Positions 49,762 to 63,259 are shown, numbered from the stretch's first letter. The stretch is DNA of 64,000 nucleotides from Hemiscyllium ocellatum (GCF_020745735.1 NC_083417.1:72354001-72418000), one strand, 5' to 3'. The notes: generated by a model not told the origin, from the letters alone. Numbers and translations are program-made.

Positions 49762-50442
49762 CTTGGCGTCCATGTACACAGATCTCTGAAAGTTGCCACC
49801 CAGGTAAATAGTACTGTGAAGAAGGCATATGGTGTACTGGACTTTATTGGTAGAACAATTGAGTTTCGGAGTCCTGAGGTCATGTTGCAGTTGTCTCAGA
49901 CTCTGGTGCGGCCTCAGCTGGAGTACTGTGTGCAGTTTTGGTCGCCATACTATAGGAAGGATGTGGAGTCATTGGAACAAGTGCAGAGGAGGTTTACCAG
50001 GATGTTGCCTGGCATGGTACGAAGATCGTATGAGGAAAGGCTGAGGCACTTGGGGCTATTCTCATTGGAGAAAAGAAGGTTTGGGGGAGATTTGATAGAG
50101 GTGTACAAGATGATTAGGGGTTTAGATAGGGTTGACAGTGAGAATCTTTTTCCGCTAATGGAGTCAGCTGTTACTAGGGGATACAGCTTTAAATTAAGGG
50201 GTGGTAGGAATAGGACAGATGTTAGGGGTAGATTCTTTACTCAGCGGGTTGTGAGTTCATGGAATGCCCTGCCAGTAGCAGTGGTGGGCTCTCCCTCTTT
50301 ATGGTCATTTAAGCGGTCATTGGATAAGCATATGGAGGTTATTGGGGTAGTGTAGGTTAGGTAGGCTTCGGTCGGCGCAACATCGAGGGCCGAAGGGCCA
50401 GTACTGCGCTGTATTTTTCTTTGTTCTATGTTCTGTGTTCTT
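49762..50442 (+). mobile_element. 5'-truncated CR1 of a sister subfamily
   Basis: ORF 49816..50355 similar to but diverged from the preceding CR1 C-terminus; own tail. Confidence 0.93.
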
Positions 50443-50459
50443 GCTATAAGCACAGAGGC

Positions 50460-51875
50460 CAGAGACAAAAAGAAACTGCAGATGCTGGAATCAAAAGGAG
50501 ACAGGCAGGAGGCTGGATGAGGTGCTCTTCCTCCAGGTGTTGTGTGTCAGGATCTGGCGATGGAGGTGGTCAAGGACCTGCGGTCGGTCGAGTGACTCCT
50601 CTCCATTTCTATCTCGGGTGACCGACTCCTCTCCATTTCTATCTCGGGCAACCAACTTAACATAGACATTTACTACAAACCGACCGAATCCCACTGCTAC
50701 CTACATTACACCGCCTCCCACCCTGCCCCCTGTAATAACGCCATTCCATTTTCCCAATTCCTTCGCCTCGGCCGCATTTGCTCCCAGGAGGAACAATTCC
50801 ACTACCAAACAACCCAAATGGCCTCCTTCTTCAAAGACCGCAATTTCCCCTCTGACGTGGTCGATGATACTCTCCACCACATCTCCTTCACTTCCCGCAC
50901 CTCCACCCTTGAACCCCACCCCTCCAATCACCAACATGACAGAACGCCACTGGTCCTCACCTTCCACCCCACCAACCACCGGGTACATCGTATCATCCTC
51001 CATCACTTCCGCCACCTCCAAACAGACCCCACTACCAGAGATATATTTCCCTTCTCACCCCTATCAACATTCCAGGGAGACCACTCCCTCTGCGACTCCC
51101 TCGTCAGGACCACTTCCCCCCACCAACACAAACTCCACTCCGGCACCTTCCCTTGCAACCGCAAAAAGTGCAAAACTTGCTCCCACACATTTACCCGCCT
51201 CACTTCCCTCCAAGGACCCAATGGATCCTTCCATGTCCATCGCAAATTCACCTGCACTTCCACACACATCATGTGGTCTCCTCTACATTGGGGAGACAGG
51301 CCGCCTACTTGCGGGACTTTTCAGGGAACACCTCTGGGACACCTGCATCAACCAACCTAACTGCCCCGCGGCTAAACACTTTAACTCCCCCTCCCACTCC
51401 GCCAAGGACATGCAGGTCCTTGGCCTCCTCCATCGCCAGACCCTGACCACATGAAGCCTGGAGGAAGAGCGCCTCATCTTCCGTCTAGGAATCCTCCAAC
51501 CACACGGGATGAATGTAGATTTCTCCAGCTTCCTCATTTCCCCTCCCCCACCTTATCTCAGTCCCAACCCCCGGATTCAGCACCGCCCTCTTGACCTGCA
51601 CTCTCCTTCCAGACCTCTCCGCCCCCCACCCCCTCTCCGACCTATCACCCTCACGTTCACCTCCTTCCATTTATAGTATTCCCTGCCCCCTCCCCCAAAT
51701 TCCTTCCCCCTATCTTGTATCTCAGCCTGCTTGGCACACCAGCCTCATCCCTGAAGAAGGGCTTATGCCCAAAACGTCGATTCTCCTGCTCCTCGGATGC
51801 TGCCTGGCCTGCTGTGTTTTTCCAGCACCACATTTTTCAACTCTGGTCTCCAACATCTGCAGTCCTCACTTTCAC
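50460..51875 (+). mobile_element. Penelope-like element: inverted 5' piece, RT C-terminus, GIY-YIG endonuclease, terminal repeat
   Basis: DIYYKPTESHCYLHY, PCNRKKCKTC, LLYIGETGR and KHFNSPSHSAKDMQVLGLL motifs; ends ggatgctgcctggcctgctgtgttttccagcacc..ctgcagtcctcactttc. Confidence 0.92.
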
Positions 51876-51879
51876 CTAA

Positions 51880-52730
51880 TGAAGAAGGTTACCTTAGATT
51901 ACAACAGGATCTTGCACAGTTGTGCCAATGGGCTGAGGATTGGCAGATGGAGTTTAATTCAGATAAAGATGAGGTGCTGCATTTTGGGAACGCAAATCTT
52001 AGCAGGACTTATGCACTTAATGGTAAGGTCCTAGATGGTGTTGCTGAACAAAGAGATTTTAGTGTGCAGGTTCATATCTCCTTGAAAGTAGAGTAAAATA
52101 TAGATAGGATAGTGAATAAGGCGTTTGGTATGCTTTTCTTCATTGGTCAGAGTATTGAGAACAAGAGTTGAGAGGTCATGTTGTGGCTGTACAGCACATT
52201 GGTTGGGCCACGTTTGGAATATTGCATTCAGTTCTGTTCTCCTTGCTACAGAAAGAATGTTGTGAAACTTGAAAGAGTTCAGAAAAGATTTATAAAGATG
52301 TTGCCAGGGCTGGAGGATTTGAGTTAGAGGGACAGGTTGAATAAGATAGGGCTGTTTTCTCTGGAGCATTGGAGACTGAGGAGTAACCTTAACACGGTTT
52401 ATAAAATCATGAGGGGCACGGATAGGAAATATAGAGTAGGTCTTTTCCCTGGGGTGGGTGAGTCCACAACTACAGGGCTTAAGTTTAGTGTGAGCGGGGC
52501 AAGATATGAAAGAGTCTTAAGGGCAACTTATTCATGCAGAGTTTGGTACGTGTATGGAATGAGCTGCCAGAGGAAGTGGTGGAGGCTGGTGCAATTGCAA
52601 CATTTAAAAGGCATCTGAATAGGAAGTGTTTGTACGGATATGGGCCGGGTCCTGACAGGCGGAACTTGATTGAGTAAGGATATCTGGTAGGCGTGGACGA
52701 GATGGACCAAACTGTACATCTTGATGACTC
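51880..52730 (+). mobile_element. Degenerate CR1 3' portion
   Basis: LQQDLAQLCQWAEDWQMEFNSDK; GLFSLEHWRLRSNLNTVYKIM. Confidence 0.85.
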
Positions 52731-52996
52731 TCTTTGTCCTACTCTACTTTAGTTATGTTTTTCCATTATAATCGTACATCATTGCTTCTTCACTTTTCCT
52801 CAATCATACACCAACATTTCACAACAGGGATGTCAGCTCCTCGCTAATCATTACAATCTGCAGCAAATGTCCAATATGTGGTTATGAAACTTCAGACATT
52901 TCACTGATTCAGTTATAGAATCGCAATATCATGCGCCTTTTACTACACAAGTCTCAATATTGCTCGTGTCTACTTAGCATTGTTGCAACTTGTTAC

Positions 52997-53298
52997 TTGA
53001 TTAGGTTGGATTCCCTACACTATGGAAACAGATGCTTCAGCGCAACAAGTCCACACCGATTCTCTGAAGAGTACCCCAATCCCCTACCTTATATTAACCC
53101 CTGACTAATGAACCTAACACTGTGGACAATTTAGCTTGGCCAATTCACCAAATCGGCACATCTTTGATTGTGGGAGGAAACCAGTGAATCCAGAGGATGT
53201 GCAAACTCCACACAGACAGTCGCCCAAGGCAGGAATCGAACCCGGGACCCTGGTGCTGTGGAGCAGCAGTGCTGACCACTGAGCCACCGTGCCATCCC
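52997..53298 (-). mobile_element. Older HE1-type SINE
   Basis: Diverged copy ending gagccaccgtgccatccc. Confidence 0.88.
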
Positions 53299-54104
53299 TT
53301 GTTTTGTGAGCTAATTTCATCCCCTGCCACCTTTTTCACTTTTTATTTCCAGTCTCCATCGGCAACTTGTTCCCTTCTGACATGATAGCATGACTGGACC
53401 ATATCAAGTGAAAACGCCACAGCGCAGTGTAGGCCAAAGTGTAACTCAATTAATTGTTCAAATTTGACTTCTATTCTTACGAGTTCAATTTGTTGGTAGA
53501 GTCAAAGAATGATTTCCAAAAGAAACCTTCATTTGTCATATCGTAGTTAGCTCCCTAATGAAACAACACATTGGCAATGGGATATACTCTATCAGCGGCG
53601 TGAAATCCTCTCTTGGTAATGGGTATTCCTATTTTTGGAATAGGTTACAGAGCAGCAACTAGCTGAAGTGATTTCAGGAAATGAACATGAAACTAAGTTA
53701 TTGGCAGGGGGCTCTTGTGGTATGGTGGTAGTATCCCTACCTCTGAGCCAGGAGATTACAGTTCATGTTGTACCTTATCCAGAGGTGTGTAATAACCTCA
53801 CTGAGTAGGTAGATGAAAATATTTCTGAAACTAAATGGTTTTTTTTGTGGTGTAATGATCATATCATTACCTCTGAACATTGAAGGCCTTGCAGGTTTGG
53901 ACACTGCCAGACTGTACAGGAGAAGGAAATTGTTTGGTACTGTTGAATGTAGGAAGAGTTTGGGGAGTGGAACCTAGAGACCACAGTAGAGCCAGAGAAG
54001 GAGAGGAGCCTGGAGCCCAAGAACTGGAAGAGAAAACACAGGGCCCTGTGTTGCTGCTGCTGCCAGAATGTAAGATTGGTGCTACTGCCTGGGTGTCCAA
54101 GAAG

Positions 54105-54465
54105 CTGTAGCTGGAGGTGCCTGGGCTCACTGAGGTTTTGTTTCTGGAGCTGTTTGAGCCCAGTGAGGCTGTGTTTCTATAGCTTTTTGGGCCAAGTGAG
54201 TCTGTGTTTCTGGATATGCCTGGGCTCTGTGAGGCTGTATTCCTGAAGCAGCCTGAGCTCAGTGAGGCTTTGTTTCTGGAGCTGCATGGAGCAACTGAGG
54301 CTGTGTTTGTGGAGCTGCCTGTGCCCACGATGGCTGTGTTTCTGGAGCTGCCTGTGCCCACTATGGCTGTGTTTCTGGAGCTGCTTGGGCTCAGTGAGGG
54401 CTGTGTTTCTGGATATGCCTGGGCTCTGTGAGGCTGTATTTCTGGGGCTGCCTGTGCCCAGTGAG
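54105..54465. repeat. 33-bp minisatellite, ~11 diverged copies (gaggctgtgtttctggagctgcctgggctcagt)
   Basis: Direct reading; 11-aa periodicity in overlapping ORFs (EAVFLELPGLS; GSSRNTAS). Confidence 0.9.
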
Positions 54466-55561
54466 GCCATGCTGCTGGACTCTGCTGCCTTGTCTGGGAC
54501 TTCTTTCATTTCCACTACTAAGAGATGGGTGTGGTTGTTTATGCAATGGTGGCACTAACACTACAGTCACCTGCAGCACGGCCCCACCATTCAGACACTG
54601 GTGTAACCGCTGCTGCTGCATTGACCACAGCTCTTGCACCATCACCCCACAAGCTCTTTGTTCAGAGCTTTTAGGTGAAATGTTATGTCCATTTGGATAT
54701 GTCTGATTGAAGGCAACGGCTGGTGTCATTTGTCCATAATCCGTTATCCTACCATAGAAAATGTCTGGCAAGATTTTCGTTCTCTTTCAGTTCAAGTAGA
54801 CTGTGAACCTGGCCTTGGAGATGGGGCTTACAGTGGGCTAGACCTTATGCTGGAGACTGATAATCTGCAACGTCTTGCTATTTGTTGCCAGTGAGTTTCT
54901 GCTCCTCTCCAACTTGCAGCAGCCCTGGGAAGTGAGGTCAGGGATAGCTCCGAACCTGCTTGGGTTGGGCTCAAGGAGAACAGCCTCTGATCTTTCTACT
55001 TTTTCGGGTGATGGGTCTTCATCCGCTTGGCATGGGACAAGTTGACTCAGGTGCTGTTCACTGTGCTCCACAAGTGGGGTGCCTATTGCACACTTTGGAT
55101 GGCAGACATCACATCGTGTCACCTCTGCGAGAAGCTAAGGGATATGTTAGAAAGTTTTGTACAACCTCTAAGACTACCAGTCACATAAGCAGCTGTTGGG
55201 GCACTGTGGCGACCATCTCTCCTCTGAAAACAAAAACTTGAGCCCAGGCCAGAGGCCACCATTGTCAGGATTCTAGCGATTGCAGGGTGAGGGTCCTCAC
55301 AGAGAAAGAAGGGATGACATAAGGTGATGAATCTACAGGCAGCCTACCCTCCCTCTCCCAGCCAAGAGTGTGTTTCCTCACACCACAGATCTTGTTGCAC
55401 TATGACCTGGGGGTTAAAGTCCCAGTCCCGTTCTCCCAACACGGAAATGGCCTTGTCGCCTGTACCCGAGATCCCACGACATGGTGAGCTCGAGTTCATC
55501 TTTAACACTTCACCATGATGATACCAAGACCAGTCCCCAGTCATGACCATCCAAGCATGGT

Positions 55562-55690
55562 AATTCCTGAAGAATGGCTCATGCCTGAAACGTCGATTCT
55601 CCTGCTCCTTGGATGCTGCCTGACCTGCTGCACTTTTCCAACAACACATTTTCAGCTCTGATTTCCAGCATCTGGAGTCCTCACTTACTC
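55562..55690 (+). mobile_element. Solo Penelope terminal repeat with short TSD-like flanks
   Basis: attcctgaagaatggctcatgcctgaaacgtcgattctcc...tcacttactc, flanked by tggtaat on both sides. Confidence 0.75.
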
Positions 55691-56329
55691 CGTGGTAATC
55701 CCAAGCCCAGTCTTTTACAACTCAGTGCGGTGAACACACGGCCTATCCCCCCTTTGCCCCAGGATAGCTGGTGATTACAGTGGCAGTCTTCCCCAGACTT
55801 GTCACTGACCCCGGCCTATTGTGTTTGTTGAAACAGACCGGGCTGACATGAGGCTGGAGGCGGGGAGCAGGATACGGGGCCTCACACTGCCTTGGAGGTT
55901 TCCAGCACCTCAGTGTTGCACCTCCACTGAGAGGGAGATGGTAACTGGTAGTCCCGCTGTCCACTCCAGCCCGGTGACATGTCGCATCTGGGGTCATGGC
56001 CAGTCAGGTCAGCTGGCTGGTGGGATGGGTTGGGTCTTAAATATCTACCAAAGCCCCTACTCCTGGGGACGCTATGTTGGTGCTGTGACCCTCACCAGGT
56101 CATTGGGTGATGGTGAGGAAGGACCGTGACTTCCTCACTTCCTTCCAGACATTTTTTTAACTGGGAGCTTCAATCCTGGCCGAAGAACCTTTCCCTAAGG
56201 GGCTGGGGGATCCGGTCTCAGGAGGGCAGGGTGGTCCCCAGTTTCCACCACCCAGTGACACCCCTCCATACCTGCCGCAATGGAAGGGTCCCTGCCAATG
56301 ACTCTGGGGCTGGTGACACTCGGAATTAC

Positions 56330-57500
56330 GAAGTAATTTTGCAGCTGTACAGAATTTTGATGAGGCACTTTTGGAGTCCTGTCTATATTACTGGTCGCCC
56401 TGCTACAGAAAAGATCTTATTAAATTGGACAAGCTGCAGAAAAGATTTGCAAAGGTGTTCGTGGAACTGGAGGGTTTGAGTTATAAGGAGAAGCTGGAGA
56501 GACTGGGACTTTTTTTCTTCATGATTAGCAGGTTGAAAAGGGACCTGAAGGAGATTTATAATTTCATGATGGACATAAATACGATGAATAGTAAAGGGTT
56601 TTGTCTCGAGGGTATAGGAATTCAAACCTAGAGGGCATAATTTTAGGAAGATAAGAGAAAGATTTAAATTCACTGATGGGCACCATTTTTCACACACAGG
56701 ACAGTTCGTGTGTGGAATGAACTGACAAAAGAAGTGGCAGATGTAGGTATATTTTCAGTATTTAATGAGCTCTTGGACAGGTTCATGAATTGGAAAGGAT
56801 TAGAGGGATACAGATCAAATGTAGGCAAATGGGACTAGATTAGTTTGGGAGACCTGGTCGGTCTGGACAAACTGGGCTGAAGGGTCTGTTTCCATGCTTT
56901 ATGATTCTATGAGTCTATAACAGAGAGAATTCTCAAGAAGAAGCATTTGGAAAGATAAAGTTTGATTAGGAGTAGTCAGCATGGCTTACACAAGGGAGAT
57001 CATGCCTCACAAATTTGTTGGAATTCTTTGATGAAGTGAGCAGGAAGGTTGGTGAGGGCAGGATGGTAGCAGTAGTCTATATGGATTTCAGTTAAGCCTT
57101 TGATAAGGTTCCACATGATTGGCTGCTCTGGAAGGTGAGACCACATTCAATCTGGGGGGAGCTGGCAAATTGGAGACACAACAAGCTTGACAGTAGAAAG
57201 CAGAAGGTAATAGTGGAAGGATTCTTTTCAGACTGGAGGCCTGAGACTTAGTGGAGTGTCTCAGGGGTCAGTGCTGGGCCCATTGCTGTGTATTATCTAT
57301 ATCAATGATTTGGATGAAAATAAGCATGAAGTAATAAGTTTGCAGATGACACTGAAATAGGCAGCATTGTGGAAACTGGGAAAGATTATCAGAAAATGAA
57401 ACAGGATCTTGATTAGCTGGAAAAATACGCCAAGAAATAGTAAATGGAGCTTCATGTAGATACGCATGAGGTCTTGAATTTTGCACTCTCCAATTTTGGA
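56330..57500 (+). mobile_element. Two adjacent degenerate CR1 fragments
   Basis: WSPCYRKDLIKLDKLQKRF..GLSYKEKLERLGL; tcagcatggc..atggatttcagttaagcctttgataagg. Confidence 0.8.
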
Positions 57501-57514
57501 GTTTGCGTGTTTTG

Positions 57515-58430
57515 TGAAGGTTTGAATCTCAAGTTGAGGTTCTGGATGTAGGCTTGCACGCTGAGCTGTAAGGTTCTTTTTCAGACGTTTCGTCACCACT
57601 CTAGGTAACTTACAGTGTGGAAACAGGCCCTTCGGCCCAACAAGTCCACACCGACCCGCCAAAGCGACACCCACCCATACCCCTACATTTACCCCTTACC
57701 TAACACTACTGGCAATTTAGCGTGGCCAATTCACCTGACCCGCACATCTTTGTGATGAGTGGGGGGAAAGCAGAGCACCCGGAGGAAACCCACGCAGACA
57801 CAGGGAGAACGTGCAAACTCCACACAGTCAGTCGCCTGAGGCGGGATTTGAACCCGGGTCTCAGGCGCTGTGAGGCAGCAGTGCTATCCACTGTGCCACC
57901 GTGCCGCCCACAAACATCTTAAGCGAGCCTTCGGATAAAGCACTGGTGGTGTCGTCTATTTTCTATTCATGTGATTGAGTTGGGTTGGGTTGATTATGTC
58001 ATTTCCTATGGTCATGTCATTTCCTGTTCTTTTTCTCAGGTGAGGTAAAGGGTATCCAAGTCAATGTGTTTGTTGATAGAGTTCCGATTGGAATGTCATG
58101 CTTCTAGGAATTCTCATGCATGTCTCTTTTTGGCTTGTCCTAGGATAGGTGTGTCGTCCCAGTCAAAGTAATGTCCGTCCTCATTCATATGTAAGGAAAC
58201 TAGTGAGGGTGGTTCATGTCTTTTTAGGGCTAATTGATGTTCATGTATCCTGGTGACTAGTTTTCTGCCTATTTGTCCAATGTAATGTTTGTTACAGTTC
58301 TAGCAAGGTATTTTATAAATGATATTCGTTTTGCTTGTTGTCAGTACAGGGGAACCTTGACTACAGGAATACCAATTATCTAAAAATCGGATTATCCAAA
58401 GAAGATCTCGAGGTCCCAATATAAACATTA
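57515..58430 (-). mobile_element. Second Penelope-like family: GIY-YIG end and terminal repeat, interrupted by SINE
   Basis: Minus strand NIIYKIPC*NCNKHYIGQIGRKLVTRIHEHQLALKRHEPPSLVSLHMNEDGHYFDWDD. Confidence 0.85.
57607..57909 (-). mobile_element. Full-length HE1-type SINE
   Basis: Reverse complement of the SINE consensus. Confidence 0.95.
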
Positions 58431-58516
58431 CATCAAAGACGTGTTTCCAACAGTGATCGCATCTTTTCTTTGCAGTGATTAAACAGGCAGCGTCTACAAG
58501 TAACTGCCTGCCCGCC

Positions 58517-58553
58517 CTCTCTCTCTCTCTCTCTCTCTCTCCCCCCCCCCCCC
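58517..58553. repeat. (CT)n microsatellite plus poly-C
   Basis: Direct reading. Confidence 0.95.
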
Positions 58554-58559
58554 ACACTT

Positions 58560-59475
58560 TCCCTGGAGTCCTACAGAGGGGTTGGACCAGATTGGGGGGC
58601 AGGGAGCGGGTTTGGACCGGCTTACAACAGGATCTTGACCAGATGGGCCAATGAGCAGAATGGTGGCAGATAGAGATTAATTCAGATAAGTGCGAGGTGT
58701 TGCATTTTGAGAAAGCAAATCTTAGCAAGACTTAACACTTCATGGTAAGGTCCTAGGCAGTGTTGCTGAACGAAGAGACATTGGAGTGCAGATTCATATC
58801 TTCTAGAAAGTGGAGTCGCAGGAAGATAGGATAGTGAAGAAGGCGTTTCGTATGATTTCCTTTATTGGTCAAAGTATTGAGTACAGGAGTTGGGAGGTCA
58901 TGCTGCGACTGTACAGGGTATTTGTCTAGCCACTGTTGGAATATTGCATGCAATTCTGGTCTCCTTCCTATTATAAAGATGTTGTGAAACCTGAAAGGGT
59001 TCAGAAAATATTTACAAGGATGTTGCCAGGATTAGAGGATTTGAGTGATAGGGAAAGGGTGAACAGGCTTGGGTTGATTTCCTTAGAACACCAGAGGTGG
59101 AGGGGTGACCTTATAGAGGTTTACAAAATCAGGAGGGGCGTGGATAGTATAAACAGACAAAGTTTTTTTTTTCCCTGGGGTCGGGGAGTCCAGAACTCGA
59201 GGGTTTAGGGTGAGAGGGAAAGATAGAAAAGAGACCTAAGGGGCAACATTTTCACACAGCGGTTGGTATGTGTATGGAATGATCTGCCAGAGGAAGGGGT
59301 GGAGGCTCGTGGAATTACAACATTTAAAAGGCATTTGGATGGGTATATGAATAGGAAGGGTTTGGCGGGATAAGGGCTGGGTGATAGCAGGTGGGACTAT
59401 CTGGGTGGCATGGACAGGTTGGACCGAAGGGTTTGTTTCCATGCTGTACATCTCTATGGCTCGATGACTATGATT
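58560..59475 (+). mobile_element. Degenerate CR1 3' portion
   Basis: LEYCMQFWSPSYYKDVVKPERVQKIFTRMLPGLEDLSDRER. Confidence 0.88.
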
Positions 59476-59804
59476 AAATGGCCTGTTTCCACACTTTTGG
59501 GATTCTATGATTGTCTACCAAGCAATGATTAGGCCTGATGTGTGGGAGTGGGGGAAAACATGGGGAAAGGTGCTCATGCACTAAATTTGTTCAAACGTCC
59601 TTTTCTTCCAAAGGCTTTAACTTGACTCTGTAGCCAATAATGAGGTCAATTGAACACAAATGATTTTTGCCATTCTAAAGCCTATGCCTGTCTGGTAGAA
59701 ACATTGAAGGACTATTTCCAAGTTCTGTATTACCACTTATTCATCTCCCTTATTATCAGCACATCATGTAGATAAATGGCAATCACATTAGATCATTACA
59801 GTGC

Positions 59805-62010
59805 AGTACAGGCCCTTTGAAACCTGTGAAACCAATCTGAAGCCTTTCAATCCTATACTATTCCATGTTTATCCATATGTTAATCTAAGGACCATTTAAA
59901 TGGCCATAAGGTTGGTGAGTCTACTGCTGTTATAGGCAGTGCATCCCACACCCCTACTACTCTCTCAGCAAAGAGCTGACCTCTGATATCTGTTCTATAT
60001 CCATCACGCCTCAATTTAAAGCTCTGTCTTCTCATGCCAGCCATCACCATCCAAGGAAAAAGTCCACCCTATCTAATCCTCTGACCATCTTGGAAGTCTC
60101 TATTAAGTCACCTCTTAAACTTCTTCGCTCAAATAAAATAGCTTCAGATGTCTCAGCCTTTCCCATAAGACCTACCCATAACATCCTGGTAAATCTCCTC
60201 TGTACCCTTTCCAATGCTTCCATCTCCTTCGTATGATGTGGCAACCAGAACTGTGCACAATACTCCAAGTATGGCAGCACCAGAGTTTTGTACAGCTGCA
60301 ACATGACCTCATGGCTCCATTCCCTCTACCAATCAAATTAACACATTTCATTCCTTCTTAACAACCCTATCAACCTGGGTGGCAACTTTCAGGTATCTGT
60401 GCACATGGACAGCGAGATCTCTCTACTCATTTACACGACCAAGAACCTTACAATTAGTCCAGCACTTTGTTCCCCTCTTACTCCTTCCAAAATGCATCAC
60501 TTCACACTTTTCCACATTAAACTCCATTTGCCACCTCTCAGCCCAACTCTGCAGCTTATCTATGTCCCTTTGTAAACTGCGACATTCTTCTGCATTATCC
60601 ACAATTCCACTGACCTTAGTGTTATCCACAAAATTTATTAACCCATCCTTCTATGTCCTCATCCAGGTCATTTATAAAAATAAGAACCAGCAGTGACCCC
60701 AAAATAGATCCTTGCGTTACACCATTAGTAATTGAACTCCAGGATGAAAATTTCCCATCAACCACCACCCTCTGTCTTCTTACAGCAAGCCAATTTCTGA
60801 TCCAAACAGTTAAATCACCCTCAATCCAATGCCTCTGTATTTTTTGTAATAGCCAACTGTGGGGAAACTTTACTAAAATCCATATACACCACATCAACCA
60901 CTTTACCCTCATCCACCTGCTTGGCCACCTTCTCAAAGAACTCAGAAAGCTTTGCGAGGCATGACCTACCCTTTACAAAACCATGTTGACTATTCCTAAC
61001 CAAATTAGTCCTTTCTAGATGATTATGAATCCTATGTTATAATCCTTTCCAACAATTTGCCTATAACCAACGTGAAGGAGAAAGTGAAGTCTGCAGATGC
61101 TGGATATCAGAGACGAAAATGTGTTGCTGGAAAAGCGCAGCAGGTCAGGCAGCATCCAAGGAATAGGAGATTCGACGTTTCAGGCATAAGCCCTTCATCA
61201 GGTTTATTTCCGAAACGTCGAATCTCCTGTTCCTTGGATGCTGCCTGACCTGCTGCGCTTTTCCAGCAACACATTTTCGGCTGTAACCAACGTAAGGCTC
61301 ACTGGTCTATAATTAGCTATCCTCAAGTCTTCTGGCACTATTCCCATAGACAATGACAACATAAAGATCAAAACCAAAGGACCTGCAATCTCCTCCCTAG
61401 CTTCCCAGAGAATTGTATGAAAAATCCCATGCAGCCCAGGGGACTTATCGAATTTCACACTGTCCAGACCTGCTAACACCTTCTTCTTAAGAACCTCAAT
61501 CCCATCTTGTCTAATAGCCCGTATCTCAGTATTCTCCTCCACAATGTTGTCTTTTTCCAGTGTGAATGCTGACGAAAATATTCATTTAGTGTCTCTCCTA
61601 TACCTATAGAAAGCTTTAGGATTTTACTTGATCCAATGTGCCAAAAACTACTCATAGCTACTGGGTCTTATTAGCTCTCTCTTTTCTAATGTGTAACTCT
61701 CAAGCGCGCTAAGTGAACCTTCACATCTCATCTTTACATAACCATCCTTCTTCCTCTTGACAAGAGATTCAACTTCTTCAGTAAACTATGGTTCCCTCTC
61801 TCAATTACTTGCCTGATAGGTACATACTTATCAAGAACACTCAGTAGCTTTTCCTTGAACAAACTCCACATTTTAATTGTGCCCATTTCCTGCAGTTTCC
61901 TTCCCCATCCTATGTGTTCTAAACCTTGCATAATTGCAACATAATCGACTTTCCCCCAGCTATAACTCTGGTTCTGCGTTATATAACTTTCCCTTTCCAT
62001 CGCAAAATAT
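59805..62010 (-). mobile_element. Degenerate CR1 ORF2 with nested fold-back Penelope element
   Basis: DKSPGLHGIF..WEAREEIAGPL, QHGFVKGRSCL and LQRDIDKLQSWAERWQMEFNVEKC. Confidence 0.88.
61074..61283. mobile_element. Fold-back Penelope terminal-repeat mini-element with 10-bp TSD
   Basis: Inverted arms; TSD taaccaacgt at 61064-61073 and 61284-61293. Removing it restores CR1 NYRPVSLTLVIG. Confidence 0.92.
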
Positions 62011-63259
62011 TGGCATTATGTTTTTCCTGACAAAGCTGTAATGAGGTCTGGAACTGACAGGTCCTAGTGATATACATACAGAGATGCAAATAAAATGTTG
62101 GAAGTCAGACTATCTTCAGGCCTCAAGCTTACTGGTGCAAGAGCTGGAGGAGAAATCATTATAGCTGATTCTCCATGTACAAGCCTTCAGTTATAAATTG
62201 AATTGAGCATGCACAGTTATGCAGTTCAGCATGATGGTGTAGACAGGGTTTTATTTTACTGTGTTACAAACACAGAACAATTACCTAGTTATTTTTACAC
62301 ACTCACAAATGAAACCATTTTTGACTTTGTCAGCAGTTTGAACATTATGGTGGCAGCATGCTTGGTGTCATGGAAACAAACATTGAATTGATGTTCAGGT
62401 TGGGTTCAGTCTGGACTGCACAAGAGGTTCAATGACTTTACCAAATAAGAGAACTTTGAGCAAAGGGTGTAGCACAAAGGCAGATGTGTAAATTGTTTTT
62501 ACCTCTCTTGAATTAAGGAAAAATATTGTTTTATTTCAAGTTTGAGCTGCGCATTTATTTTCCTGAATGTCTAATGATTTATATCTATCTTGTTTCATCA
62601 TTTTATTCTCCTTCTTTGTTGTCCTGTACCTAACAATTCTCGGCTGCTGTTCACTGGTAACAATTGAGCTGCAACTTTGTGTCATCCATCAATGATGTGC
62701 ACGCACTCAGCTCTTTCCTGACTTTCAATCATTTAACAACTGGACAGCCTCTTACAATATGTAGAGATTGCTTTCCTATTTATGTTTTGCTTTGCAATTT
62801 TTATGAATCTTTTTATGAGACCTTTTCAGTGACCATCTGGAGTACTTGCTTCTTGGGAATTATTTACTATCCTTTGAGATGTACATTGCAGATCCATGGG
62901 ACTGTGCAGTTTACATTTCAAGGACATGTTCCATCCACATGGTGTGCATTTCAACAATTTTGTGGTTTAATTAGTGATAGCAACAGATGTGTTTACAATG
63001 AAGAAAGGGATTTAATGGACCAGTTGTAATAAACTGGTTTGCCTGCTAGGAAATTCTCCAGAAAGTCCATAAATCAGCGTGAAGTGATAAATTACTATGT
63101 GGCTCAGATGCTGTTATTAGGCTGCATGCTTTTGAATTGGTTCAAGTAGTGTCAATTTATTTTAATTCAATTTAGGAATTCATGGGCCTGGACCAAAGGG
63201 CACCAATTAAGTTATTGCACCAATCAGCCTTGCGTCTTTGTGCGATGTAACAATACAGG

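Noticed and set aside
54105-54465. CRISPR-like array
   Set aside because: Contiguous diverged units without unique spacers, in a vertebrate context with no cas genes.
54428-54706. Cys-rich ORF resembling an LRR N-terminal cap (GCGCLCNGGTNTTVTCS)
   Set aside because: No LRR repeats follow and there is no supporting splice structure; likely chance.
62570-62660. Leader exon of a further paralogue (FFVVLYLTILGCCSL|gt)
   Set aside because: The donor falls in phase 0, not phase 1, and no V exon follows within the window.
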